Notes under the pieces: generated by a model
Told to the model about the DNA's origin: nothing
Databases searched by the model: none
Seen by the model: only the letters and a program-made list of their open reading frames with translations
Source: an uncultured Candidatus Berkelbacteria bacterium
GTDB taxonomy: Bacteria > Patescibacteriota > UBA1384 > UBA12157 > JAENIV01
Length of the DNA: 64,000 nt
Direction of reading: 5' to 3'
Assembly: GCA_963698075.1 (NCBI GenBank)
Contig: OY969116.1
Location: 83,881-147,880 of the forward strand
Program-made: the position numbers and the translations under genes
Shown: positions 20,741 through 30,547 of the stretch, piece by piece
Layout: each line of letters starts with the position of its first letter
Numbering within the stretch: the first letter of the stretch is position 1

Positions 20741-21466
20741 CTAAGAAATCTTTTGTAAGATTTTTTCGAGCCCCGGCGGTAATTTCAATTCAAATTTATG
20801 ATCATAGAATGACAACCTGTACGCATGTAAAAATTGCCGACTAATTCCTAGCTCTTTAGAGATTTTACGGCTGTGTTTACTGTTGTAAACCGGATCGCCG
20901 ATGAGCGGATGACCGATTGTTTTAAACTGCACGCGGATTTGGTGGGTACGGCCGGTTTCCAAAGTGGCTTCAACTAATGATAAGATTTCTTTGCTATATT
21001 GATATTCTTTGAGAACTTTGTACCGCGTTTTGGCCTCGCGTTTTTTGCCCGGCTCAAAATCAAAAAAAATACTTCGGCTAACTTGTTGACGTCGAGCGTG
21101 GGGATCTCGACCGATGAAACTTTTGATTTCGCCGGTTTTCTTGTCGAATTGACCATAAACTAAGGCTAAATACGATTTATGGATTTGGTGAGACTGAAAT
21201 AAGGCTTGTAATCTTTGCAGAGTTTGCGGATTTTTGGCCAAAATTATCAATCCCGAAGTATCTTTGTCTAAGCGATGGACAATCCCCGCTCGAGACCTAT
21301 CTGGCCATTCAAGCTTTTTAAGATCAGGATATTTTTCTAAAAACCAATCGACCAGCGTCTCGCCGCGCTCGCCCGCTCCGGGATGGACAACCAACCCCGC
21401 CGGTTTATCGATGACGATAATATCCGAATTATCGTATTTAATATCAATTTTTGGAAATTGTGTCAT
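20741..21466 (-). CDS. RluA-family pseudouridine synthase
   Basis: HRLDKDTSG, TGRTHQIR, GDPVY. Confidence 0.93.
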   Translation of the reverse strand: MTQFPKIDIKYDNSDIIVIDKPAGLVVHPGAGERGETLVDWFLEKYPDLKKLEWPDRSRAGIVHRLDKDTSGLIILAKNPQTLQRLQALFQSHQIHKSYLALVYGQFDKKTGEIKSFIGRDPHARRQQVSRSIFFDFEPGKKREAKTRYKVLKEYQYSKEILSLVEATLETGRTHQIRVQFKTIGHPLIGDPVYNSKHSRKISKELGISRQFLHAYRLSFYDHKFELKLPPGLEKILQKIS

Positions 21467-21499
21467 TGTAATTTATTTGAAAATTGATAATTGAGAATT

Positions 21500-22336
21500 T
21501 CATTCTGATCCATGCTCATAGGCATAAGAAATTTTATCGGCAAAAGCTTTAACATCGGTATTTTCAATTCTGACGCGCGGAAGTTCAAAAAGATTGGATG
21601 TTTCCCGGGCGATGCCGATTTTGGTGGTGACAGCGACAAGGTAGCCTGCCTCTTTAACTAGAGCCATCGCCCGCTCATTAAATCGACCAGCTGGATAGCA
21701 AAAAACCAACCACTCCCCTTTTGAATCAAAAATTTGTGAACGAGCGACTTCTGAAGATATTTTTGTTAAGTCTGGATGAGTCAAAGTATGCGAGCCAAAT
21801 TCCATGCCAGCTTTTTTCATTTCTGCGATTTGCTCATCATTTAAGTGATTCGCGCGGCCGACATAATCTTTAATTATAAAAAATGTTCCACTAAATTCAT
21901 GTTGTTTTAGGATTGGAAAAGCTTGAGTGTAAGCATCTTCATAGCCGTCGTCAAAAGTTAAAACAATTGGCTTTTTCTTCTCAAAATAAATTCGGGAGAT
22001 AGTTTGGCGTCCGGGATCAGCGAGATCATCTAATTTAATGGTCTGATAATTATCGGCGTCAAGATATCCAATTTGGGAGGCGAAATTTTCCGGTGAGACC
22101 GAAAGGCTTTGACCGAGAGAATCGCCGGCAGGAGCAGGGCGGATATAATGGTACAGTAAAATCGGGACATCAAATTTTTCCACTTTGGGGTAAGGAGTTG
22201 GTTTAGGTGAGGGAACAATCATGGCCAGCGGCGAGGCACTTGACTCTGTTCGAAACCAAAGGACAAATCCTAACACAACGATAAGAATTATAGCCAGCAA
22301 GAGCAAGATGATTTGTTTTTTAGAACGTTTTTTCAT
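21500..22336 (-). CDS. Polysaccharide deacetylase (CE4), membrane-anchored
   Basis: TFDDGY, GSHTLTH, YPAG. Confidence 0.9.
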   Translation of the reverse strand: MKKRSKKQIILLLLAIILIVVLGFVLWFRTESSASPLAMIVPSPKPTPYPKVEKFDVPILLYHYIRPAPAGDSLGQSLSVSPENFASQIGYLDADNYQTIKLDDLADPGRQTISRIYFEKKKPIVLTFDDGYEDAYTQAFPILKQHEFSGTFFIIKDYVGRANHLNDEQIAEMKKAGMEFGSHTLTHPDLTKISSEVARSQIFDSKGEWLVFCYPAGRFNERAMALVKEAGYLVAVTTKIGIARETSNLFELPRVRIENTDVKAFADKISYAYEHGSE

Positions 22337-22412
22337 TTCGATAGGAGTTAATACATCGAAGATTGCTTCGATGTAAGTTTATTTTATACCCAAATTCAAG
22401 ATAAAAAAAGAA

Positions 22413-22441
22413 CCGCCCGCCGCGACGAACGCGGCGGGCGG
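22413..22441 (-). terminator. Intrinsic terminator
   Basis: CCGCCCGCCGCG-acgaa-CGCGGCGGGCGG with a U-rich tract on the minus strand. Confidence 0.75.
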
Positions 22442-22471
22442 CAGAATCGTCCCGTAGCCCGCGATGAAGGG

Positions 22472-23716
22472 CTAGCGCAGGAGGACCTCGGCCCCCTTGC
22501 CCTGCTGGATGAGGGGCAGATAGCCCTCGAGCTCCTTGGCCGTCTCATCCGAGCTGAGGTCAACCGTCTGACCGCGCTCAGCGGCGAGGTAGCTGGCCAT
22601 CACCAGCCGGGTAACCTCCCAGCCGTAGCGGAAGTCGAGGAGGCCGTGCTGGCCTTGGGAGAAACGAGCAACAGCATCTTGCCACTCGGCGACGTAGCCG
22701 TAGAGGTCAGCCTCGTTGGGCTGCATCACCAGCGCCCCGCGGCCGGCCTGGGCCTTCTCGAGCATCAACTCGGCACTCGTCACCGTTTCGGCGGCGGCAT
22801 CGCTGATGAAGAGGCCGGCTGGCGACTCGAGGGAGTTGACGGTGTAGGAGTAGCCTGGTCCCATCGCCTCCATCAGGAGCCGCAAGCCCGGGGCGTCGTA
22901 CATCCACGAGTCCGTGAACTGGGCGACGACGATCTGCCCGGTCTCGGGGTTGCGGAGGGTGATGAGGCCAGTGGCGTAGTCCTCGGCTGGTGTCTTGGCA
23001 TAGTCGATGCCGCGCTCCCTCAGTAGCTTCGCCCGCCAGGAGTCAGGCAGTCCCCACTTGAGGAGCATCGTTGCGGCGGAGACGGTCTGCGGGACCAGGA
23101 AGGTTGGCGGCTTGCCTGAGGGCGTCAGCATCCACCAGCCGACGGCGATAGAGTGACATCCCATGTCACAGAGCACACCACCACCCTGCCTGGTAGGATC
23201 CCAGAACCAGGCCTCGTGCGGCCCGCCGTGCTCCTCAGCCGAACGGGTCAGATGGACAGGGCCCATATGGCCTTCGACGGCTGCCAGGAGTGTCCTTGCT
23301 CGCCGGACCGCGGGCATGTGGATCTGGTTCTCGAAATAGGCTTCCAGCAGTCCCGCCAACGAGGCCAGAGCTACCATCTCATTGGCTTCGGCGACATTGC
23401 GCGCCAGCGGCTTCTCGCAGATGACTGCCTTGACCGGTGAGCCCACCTGCTTCTTGGCGTCGGCGATCGCTTGCATCACCTCGAGCCGGGCGTAGTTCGG
23501 GCAGAAGATGGCGACGACATCAACGTGCTCGGCCATCTCCCCGACGCTGGGATAGATCTGGCACTCGCCGAGACCCAGAGAGCGGACACTTGAGGCGAAA
23601 TCCTCACTGCCGGCGAGGGCGTGAACCCCGGCGATCTCGACGCCGCGGACGTACCTGAGGGCCTCACGGTGGAAGCCCGCGACGAATCCTGCCCCGACGA
23701 ACCCGACTTTCAGCAT
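22472..23716 (-). CDS. Gfo/Idh/MocA oxidoreductase, markedly GC-rich
   Basis: GFVGAGFVA, CEKPLA, GGGVLCDMGCH. Confidence 0.92.
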   Translation of the reverse strand: MLKVGFVGAGFVAGFHREALRYVRGVEIAGVHALAGSEDFASSVRSLGLGECQIYPSVGEMAEHVDVVAIFCPNYARLEVMQAIADAKKQVGSPVKAVICEKPLARNVAEANEMVALASLAGLLEAYFENQIHMPAVRRARTLLAAVEGHMGPVHLTRSAEEHGGPHEAWFWDPTRQGGGVLCDMGCHSIAVGWWMLTPSGKPPTFLVPQTVSAATMLLKWGLPDSWRAKLLRERGIDYAKTPAEDYATGLITLRNPETGQIVVAQFTDSWMYDAPGLRLLMEAMGPGYSYTVNSLESPAGLFISDAAAETVTSAELMLEKAQAGRGALVMQPNEADLYGYVAEWQDAVARFSQGQHGLLDFRYGWEVTRLVMASYLAAERGQTVDLSSDETAKELEGYLPLIQQGKGAEVLLR

Positions 23717-23799
23717 CTTCTTCGCACCTTTCCTATCAAAAGTAAGGGACATTTAGTCTTGTCCCTCCAATGAGATTATATAACACCTCTCGAGAACAA

Positions 23800-25902
23800 T
23801 CAAGAAATTAGTTCAATTTGCGAACCATTTTCATCTTTGGTAACCTCTATTTTAGTCGGAAATAAATCCTTGAGTTCTTGTAAATGGGTTATAACTAATA
23901 TTTTTTCAAATTCGCCGGCAATCGAATTAATCGCCGCCACCAAATCGTCGCGGCCGGCCGAATCAAGCATGCCAAAACCTTCGTCAATGACCAAAAACTT
24001 CAAATGGGTGCCGGCGCGCGCGGCTAATAATTTTGAAAGGGCGATGCGAATAGCAAAATTAATTCGAAAGGCCTCCCCTCCCGAATACATTTCATAATCA
24101 CGTTCGCCTAACTCATCAGCAATTTTTATTTCTAAGGTTTCAATTAAATCTTCTTCGCTTTGGGCGGCCTTCCTTTCTTTTTGAGTGATAAATTTTAAAG
24201 ACATCCGGCCATCAGTGATTTTTCCCAGCAATCCATTGGCACCTTCTTCAATCGAAGAGAGGGCTGTTTCAATAATCATTGCCTGAATACCTTTTTTGCC
24301 AAAAGCCAACGCTAATTCTTCGTAATTAGCAATTTCTTTTTGAAAATCGCGAATTTCTTTTTGGAGGGATTTTAATTCTTTCTCTTGACTTTGGATCTGA
24401 ATTAATTCCTGTTTTAAGCCGCCTAAAAAATTTTGCAATTCTAAAACCTGGTTATTAATTTGTTCTTCCTCCACTTTTTTTTCTTGCCATTGGACACTCG
24501 CCTTTTCTAATTTTGATTGTTTGGCTTTAAGTTTTTTGCCATCGCGGCTTATTTTTTCTGCTTCCTTTTTAATTTGCTCTAATCTTTCTTGAATATTTTT
24601 CAAATTAGTCTGGGCATTTTTGAGATTGTTCTCCGCTAAATCAAGAATCTGTTTTTGCTCGCGACTGGTCGATAAATCTTCTAGTTGTTTTTGAATCTTC
24701 GTATGGAGCGATTCATTATAATTTATTTTTTTGAGTAGCAGCTGGAGTTTTTTTAAACGAGGACTGTATTTCTGGGCAAATTCTTTTTCGAGATGAGCAA
24801 CAATAACACTAGCTTCCTTTTTTTTCATCGGCCGACGGCACATTGGGCAAAGGGCAATTTTTTCGATACGCGAAACATCCTCATTTAACTTTTCCTTTAA
24901 ATTTTCTAACACTCGTAATTCTTGTAGAATTTTAGCCTGTTCGCGAAATTTCAAATTGGCTTGGTTATTTTGTTTTTCCAAAACTTCAAGCGCGGCAAAA
25001 TTCTTAAGGATTTTTTCTTTATTCTTGAGTTGTTCGGCGATTGATTTTTTTTCGGCAAGGATTTTTGCTTTTTCCTCGTTGAGATTTTCTGCCTCGGTTC
25101 TTAGACGGCCAAATTGATTTCTGAGATTTCCTAACCTTTCGTTGATGACTTCATGCTCCCGACTTTGTTTTTCCAAGCCTCTGATGGTCTCTTTTAATTT
25201 TTGGTGTTTTTTAGAAAGTTGGCTAAATTGTTCGCTGGCAAGACTTAATTGTTTTTCGACCACTCCTTTGCGGGAGACTTCAGCTTGGAGATCTTCCATT
25301 TGGAAGGTTAGCATTTTTATTTTTTCTTCGGAGGACCTGGCCTTTTGGCGGGCCTTTTGGGAGAGCTCTTCATAAAGATTAAGATCCAAAATCTCGCTTA
25401 AAATTTCTTTCCTCTCCGACGGTGTTTTAATGGTAAACTCATCGGCATGGCCTTGACGTAAATAAGAAGAATTGACAAATATTTCATAAGGGATTTTGAG
25501 GATTCGGATAATTTTCTCATTCGTGGCCTTTAAAGTTACCTCCGCAATCGATTGCCAGCCGACGTCATCGAGGAGTAATTTTTTTTGAGTCTTAGTTTGC
25601 AATTCTAAAAAAGATTGGCCTGCACTTTTTTTGAGTTCTCTTTTTCTGACGATTCGGTAAAGTCCACCTTCGTGCTCAAAAATGAATTCAACCCACATCC
25701 CGTGCTCGCCTTGGTGGATAAGTTCATCGTCTGAAGCCGCTCGTGTTTGTCCCCAAATGGCCCAAGTCATCGCCTCCAAAATTGAAGACTTGCCAACGCC
25801 ATTGTTGCCGGAAAGCACCGCTAAGTTAAAGGACTGAAAATCCAAGGGTTGTGGTTCTTTATAAGAAAGAAAATTATGAAGCTGAAGTTTAACGGGAATC
25901 AT
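23800..25902 (-). CDS. sbcC: SbcC/Rad50 SMC-family ATPase
   Basis: GNNGVGKS, CPMC zinc hook, YSGGE, IDEGFG. Confidence 0.92.
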   Translation of the reverse strand: MIPVKLQLHNFLSYKEPQPLDFQSFNLAVLSGNNGVGKSSILEAMTWAIWGQTRAASDDELIHQGEHGMWVEFIFEHEGGLYRIVRKRELKKSAGQSFLELQTKTQKKLLLDDVGWQSIAEVTLKATNEKIIRILKIPYEIFVNSSYLRQGHADEFTIKTPSERKEILSEILDLNLYEELSQKARQKARSSEEKIKMLTFQMEDLQAEVSRKGVVEKQLSLASEQFSQLSKKHQKLKETIRGLEKQSREHEVINERLGNLRNQFGRLRTEAENLNEEKAKILAEKKSIAEQLKNKEKILKNFAALEVLEKQNNQANLKFREQAKILQELRVLENLKEKLNEDVSRIEKIALCPMCRRPMKKKEASVIVAHLEKEFAQKYSPRLKKLQLLLKKINYNESLHTKIQKQLEDLSTSREQKQILDLAENNLKNAQTNLKNIQERLEQIKKEAEKISRDGKKLKAKQSKLEKASVQWQEKKVEEEQINNQVLELQNFLGGLKQELIQIQSQEKELKSLQKEIRDFQKEIANYEELALAFGKKGIQAMIIETALSSIEEGANGLLGKITDGRMSLKFITQKERKAAQSEEDLIETLEIKIADELGERDYEMYSGGEAFRINFAIRIALSKLLAARAGTHLKFLVIDEGFGMLDSAGRDDLVAAINSIAGEFEKILVITHLQELKDLFPTKIEVTKDENGSQIELIS

Positions 25903-27167
25903 TGAGTTTCCTCAATCAATTTCTCCGCGGTTTTTAATAATTCTTGTTTATGGCTTTTGCTGACTTTTTTTGATTGGAGGTATTTTTCTAAGATGCCTAA
26001 AGTATCCAAACTGGCCAATTCATCGGAAAAACCATTTTTGATTTGCGTCCGTTCATGGCTTTTTACCTCTTTGATAATCCCGGCGATAAAATTAGCTTCT
26101 TCTAAAGCGGTGCGAATTTTTGATTCCGATATTTCCGCGGCTTTGGCTTCGTTGATCTCTATGACTACCTTGACAACAGCCTCGCGGATATTTTCTTTTC
26201 GAATCGCCTGGGAGATTTTTTCATCTGTATCATCGTCATCGGCAATTTTGACGTGGATGGTTAAAAATTTTCTGGCTGGAGTTTTGATGAATTGCCAATT
26301 CGTTTGGAATTTGTGGCGTTTGTTCGCCATAATATCAAGCAGGATAAATCCCTTATCTTCTTTTTCTTCGCCGAAATCAATCCGTTCAATCGAGCCGGCA
26401 TAAACAATTGGCGGTCCTGCCTGCCGGCGAGGCAGGTTTTTCGAGAGTTTCTGGTGCTTATGAATATGACCTAAAGCGACATAATTAAAACGGCTGTGGC
26501 GCAGGCTTGCGAGTGGTAAAATAATATCCGAGCCAATCATCACGCTCCGCTCCGAGCCAAAAGTCGCGCCTTCAACCGCCGCATGGGCTAGCAGGATTGA
26601 GGGAATCTTAGGATCGATTTTGCTTGATAGATATTCAACTTTAGCGGCTAAGGCGCGAGATAATTTTTGGCGCATTTTTTCCAGCGGCAATTTCAAATCG
26701 TTTTTAGTTAACAATTGTTGTTTGGTATACCACGGTAATCCGGCGATTTGAATCGGACCTGATTTTGTCTGGATGGTTTTTACCTGCCCGTCCGGCAGGC
26801 GGGCTTCGTCGCCGATCATATAAACATTTTTTATGTTCAAAGTCGGATAAATTTCTAATGTATGGGCTTTGCCTAAAGCGCCGGGAAAATCATGATTACC
26901 GACCAGCATCGCCACCGGAATATCGGCGCAGGCGAGTTCATAAATTTTTGAAGCAAATGCTTTTTGATAAGTGGGGTTAGGTTCGCGTGTTTTGAAGGCA
27001 TCACCGGCAAAGCAAACCAAGTCAACTTTTTCTTTTTTGGCGGTGGCGACGATCGTTTCAAAAGAATTTAAAAAATCGGCCAACCGCGAATTTAAGCCGG
27101 TTTCCGGATCAAATTTACCGTAATTTTCCATTCCCAAATGAACATCAGCAAAATGGATAATCTTCAT
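25899..27167 (-). CDS. sbcD: SbcD/Mre11 nuclease
   Basis: ADVHLG, AGD, GNHD, LGHIH. Confidence 0.92.
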   Translation of the reverse strand: MKIIHFADVHLGMENYGKFDPETGLNSRLADFLNSFETIVATAKKEKVDLVCFAGDAFKTREPNPTYQKAFASKIYELACADIPVAMLVGNHDFPGALGKAHTLEIYPTLNIKNVYMIGDEARLPDGQVKTIQTKSGPIQIAGLPWYTKQQLLTKNDLKLPLEKMRQKLSRALAAKVEYLSSKIDPKIPSILLAHAAVEGATFGSERSVMIGSDIILPLASLRHSRFNYVALGHIHKHQKLSKNLPRRQAGPPIVYAGSIERIDFGEEKEDKGFILLDIMANKRHKFQTNWQFIKTPARKFLTIHVKIADDDDTDEKISQAIRKENIREAVVKVVIEINEAKAAEISESKIRTALEEANFIAGIIKEVKSHERTQIKNGFSDELASLDTLGILEKYLQSKKVSKSHKQELLKTAEKLIEETQ

Positions 27168-27221
27168 GGCTAAATCATAGAGGGTCTTGACAAAAATATC
27201 AATTTGTTGTATAATAAGGTC

Positions 27222-27327
27222 TCTAAAAGAAGTGGAAAAGTAACACACAGCATGCAAACAGGGTCCGGTTTGGCGGAGTAGGTTTTCCCCTCCTTGCCTA
27301 CTTCGCCGAATTGGCCCCTGTTTTTTA
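27222..27327 (+). ncRNA. Candidate small RNA
   Basis: TTGACA(27187)-N17-TATAAT; long hairpin 27255-27325 ending in a U-tract; no ORF fits within the transcript. Confidence 0.55.
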
Positions 27328-27332
27328 ATTGG

Positions 27333-28859
27333 TTACTCCCATTCCATCGTTGCAGGTGGTTTATTGGTTATGTCATAGACTACCCGGTTTATATCCTTAA
27401 TCTCATTGGTGATCCGGGTGGAAATACGCTCCAAAATTCCATAAGGAATTTTGGAAAAATTAGCAGTCATCGCATCCTCTGATTCGATGATCCTAATGAC
27501 GATCGGATATTTGTAACTTCTTTCGTCTCCCTGAATGCCTACACTTTTAATTGGAAGCAACACGGCAAAACTCATCCAAATTTTTTGCCAATAATTAGTC
27601 CTTTTAAGTTCCTCTTCAATTATATGTCCTGCCCCTCGAACAATCTCAGCTTTCTCCTTTGTCACCTCACCAACGATTCTTACTGCTAAACCCGGACCGG
27701 GAAAAACTTGTCTTGTCGTAATTTCCTTTGGTAAGTTTATCTTTCTGGCGATTGCTCTAACTTCATCTTTGTACAGCTCACGTAAGGGCTCATATATTTT
27801 TAATTTTAAATTTTTCGGCAAGCCACCGACATTATGGTGAGATTTTATGTTGGAAGAATTTTTTGTAAGCCCGCTCTCAATCCTATCTGGGTAAATGGTG
27901 CCTTGAACCAAAAAAGTTGCTCCGGTTTCTTTGGCGGCCTTTTGAAAGATTGCAATAAAAATTTTCCCAATAATTTTTCTTTTTGATTCGGGCGAAGTCA
28001 CACCTTTGAGTGCTTGAAAAAATATCGGCCCAGCTTGAATAATTTTTAAATTCAAATCAAAATTCTTGAAGATTTTTTTAATATAATCTTGCTCTCCAAA
28101 TCTCATTAAACCAGTGTCAACATAAACGGCCGTAAGATTTTTGCCAATAGCTTTACTTACAAGAATTGCGGCGACGGACGAATCAATCCCACCCGAAAGA
28201 CCAATAATTGCCTTTTCTTGGCCAAAGGTTTCTTTGGCTTCGGCAATTATTTCATCAATCAGGGTTATTCGTTGTCGTTCCTTTTTTAAATGGCACACCT
28301 CAAAGACAAAATTCTCTAATATTTTTCTACCTCTGCGGGTATGGGTTACCTCGGGGTGGAATTGAACACCAAAAATTTTCATTTTCGGATTTTGATATGC
28401 AGCGATTTTTGAGTTTTCAGTTTCAGCGAGTATTTCAAACCCTCTTGGTAGCCTGGTGACCACATCGCGGTGATTCATCCAAACTAGTTGGCTAGATGAA
28501 ATTTTCGAAAAAATTTTTCCGAGGTTAGTTATCCGAAGTTTGGTTAAACCATACTCACCCGAATTGCCAGCCGAGACTTTTCCGCCAAGCAGATGGGCAA
28601 TAAGTTGATGGCCATAGCAAATTCCTAGAGTGGGGATTTGCTTTTTTAAAAAATTAGAACTGATTTTTGGAGCATTTTTCTCATAGACGGAACAAGCGCC
28701 ACCAGAAAGAACAACCCCTTTAATTTTTTCTGTGTTAAGGGTTTTTTCAAACTTTTTTTCATCGCCGATTATTTCAACATTTATCGCTAAGTCCCGAAGC
28801 CGCCGGCTGATCAAATGACAATATTGTCCGCCAAAATCATAAACTATAATTTTATCCAT
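27333..28859 (-). CDS. guaA: GMP synthase (glutamine-hydrolysing)
   Basis: DFGGQY, GICYG, QFHPE, SGGIDS, KSHHNVGG, KPPATMEWE. Confidence 0.97.
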   Translation of the reverse strand: MDKIIVYDFGGQYCHLISRRLRDLAINVEIIGDEKKFEKTLNTEKIKGVVLSGGACSVYEKNAPKISSNFLKKQIPTLGICYGHQLIAHLLGGKVSAGNSGEYGLTKLRITNLGKIFSKISSSQLVWMNHRDVVTRLPRGFEILAETENSKIAAYQNPKMKIFGVQFHPEVTHTRRGRKILENFVFEVCHLKKERQRITLIDEIIAEAKETFGQEKAIIGLSGGIDSSVAAILVSKAIGKNLTAVYVDTGLMRFGEQDYIKKIFKNFDLNLKIIQAGPIFFQALKGVTSPESKRKIIGKIFIAIFQKAAKETGATFLVQGTIYPDRIESGLTKNSSNIKSHHNVGGLPKNLKLKIYEPLRELYKDEVRAIARKINLPKEITTRQVFPGPGLAVRIVGEVTKEKAEIVRGAGHIIEEELKRTNYWQKIWMSFAVLLPIKSVGIQGDERSYKYPIVIRIIESEDAMTANFSKIPYGILERISTRITNEIKDINRVVYDITNKPPATMEWE

Positions 28860-28917
28860 ATATTTTAATTATTAAAATTAGGATACCAATTTCTGAGAAC
28901 AAATTCAACTATTTAAA

Positions 28918-29736
28918 TTATTTAGTGAATTTTTTAATCCGATCCTCAATCGCCCTTTTGGTGGTTGTCCCAATAAATTGCTCTTTAACTTTACCGTTTT
29001 CTAAAATCAAAATATTTGGCAGACTCATTACCCCCAACCGCGCCGAAAGCCCGGGATTTTTAGTGACATCAATTTTATAGAACTTGACTTTATCGTTCCA
29101 AATTTTAGCTAAATCATCCAAGTGAGGTTCAATTGTCTTGCAGGCATGGCACCAAGGCGCCCAAAAGTCTAAAAGCACCATCCCCTTTTTGGAAATCTTA
29201 GCAAATTCTTTTTCCTTTAATTCCTCGAGTTTACCGGACACAGTCTTCCTCCTTTGAACCGTTATCCAAAGGACGATTTCATATAATCCAAACATTGTTG
29301 CCACATAAAATAAATCACCCATTAAAGTGTTTCGAAAGAAAGGCAACCCCATTATATACGATTGCATTAGCCCTGGCAAATTATGGGAATACATCGAGTG
29401 CGGCACGGCCCAGACGGCAAAATTAGTCACGAGGAAAAAGATGATCGAACCGAATAAACTTGATCCGATAATGTTGGGAAGGGTTTTATGGTTTTTCAGC
29501 CATAGACCAATTAGACCAATCATCATAAATGAACCATAGACAGAAAGCATTATCCAAGGGTTATAGAAACCTATAAAGGCATCCGAGATTAACACAGCCA
29601 CTATGGGAATGATTAAAGCATATTTCTTGTTCAAGTAGGTTCCGCCAAACAGAGCTATTGCCGCAATGGGGGCAAAGTTCGGTAAGTGGGGAACCAGTCT
29701 TAAGATAATCCCTGCAAGAATGAAAAAAAATGCCAT
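28918..29736 (-). CDS. DUF6580-like putative ECF S-component (cobalamin) fused in frame to thioredoxin
   Basis: RLVPHLPNFAPI..FFLVTNFAVW..PFFRNTL.GD, then DFWAPWCHAC. Confidence 0.85.
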   Translation of the reverse strand: MAFFFILAGIILRLVPHLPNFAPIAAIALFGGTYLNKKYALIIPIVAVLISDAFIGFYNPWIMLSVYGSFMMIGLIGLWLKNHKTLPNIIGSSLFGSIIFFLVTNFAVWAVPHSMYSHNLPGLMQSYIMGLPFFRNTLMGDLFYVATMFGLYEIVLWITVQRRKTVSGKLEELKEKEFAKISKKGMVLLDFWAPWCHACKTIEPHLDDLAKIWNDKVKFYKIDVTKNPGLSARLGVMSLPNILILENGKVKEQFIGTTTKRAIEDRIKKFTK

Positions 29737-29766
29737 TCGTTCTCCTTTCTTCATTGTAGCCAATTT

Positions 29767-30456
29767 TTAAAAACTTTCAAATTTCCAAGTGGTAATATCG
29801 CCATCCGTCACCGGTTGAGCTGAAGCCCCAATCATCGAGTAGCTGCCGTTGTAATAAAATGCCCAATAGTAATTGTCATGGCCGCAGATTCCGGCAATGC
29901 AGGTGACAAACGCTCCCAATTCTTCGTAGATTTGATACTCAACACTAAAGCCATTTTCCTGACCTGTGCGAAGAAGAATCGAAAAAGCAGTATCATTAGT
30001 TTGGAGATTAATGGTATAATTGCCGATATTTTCGATTGCCACGGTTGCTTGGTCGGCTGGCGTAGGGGGCGGCGTGGGTGTTGGGCTTGCCCCGAGCGTA
30101 GTCGAGGGGATTGGCGTCGGGGAGGTTGGTCGTGGCGTAGAGGGTTTTTTAGATGATGGTGTCGGGGTGGGCGTGGGTGTTGAAGTTGATTCATTTGTGT
30201 CATTAGGTTGATCAGTCGCTGCTAAAATTTTCCGGCTCTCTGATGGTTTTTCCTCTTTGCTTGCGGCCACTTGAGTATTTCCTAAGTTGTATTCCAACTG
30301 GGTTATTCTTGTTTCGAGTTTATTTTGTTGTTCTTCCAATTTTTGATTTTTGATTTTTAAGTCAGCGACCGTTAACGCTCCGTAGACAAATACTAAAACA
30401 ATCCCAGCGGTAATTGGTAGCCAAAGGTAACTTAATAGTTTTCTCATGCGAAACAT
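29767..30456 (-). CDS. Membrane-anchored DUF4430 (transcobalamin C-terminal-like) protein
   Basis: TM, coiled coil, PT linker, GAFVTCIAG..YWAFYYNG..GA. Confidence 0.85.
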   Translation of the reverse strand: MFRMRKLLSYLWLPITAGIVLVFVYGALTVADLKIKNQKLEEQQNKLETRITQLEYNLGNTQVAASKEEKPSESRKILAATDQPNDTNESTSTPTPTPTPSSKKPSTPRPTSPTPIPSTTLGASPTPTPPPTPADQATVAIENIGNYTINLQTNDTAFSILLRTGQENGFSVEYQIYEELGAFVTCIAGICGHDNYYWAFYYNGSYSMIGASAQPVTDGDITTWKFESF

Positions 30457-30547
30457 TTTTTATCTCCTTTTAATTTTAAAAAATCCTTAGCTTCGGTCAT
30501 TCATAGATTGCTAAGGAATTGCCTTTCGACCGAAGGACTTAATACAA

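Noticed and set aside
22646-23667. Several antisense or alternate-frame ORFs in the oxidoreductase gene
   Set aside because: Expected from the scarcity of stop codons in high-GC DNA.
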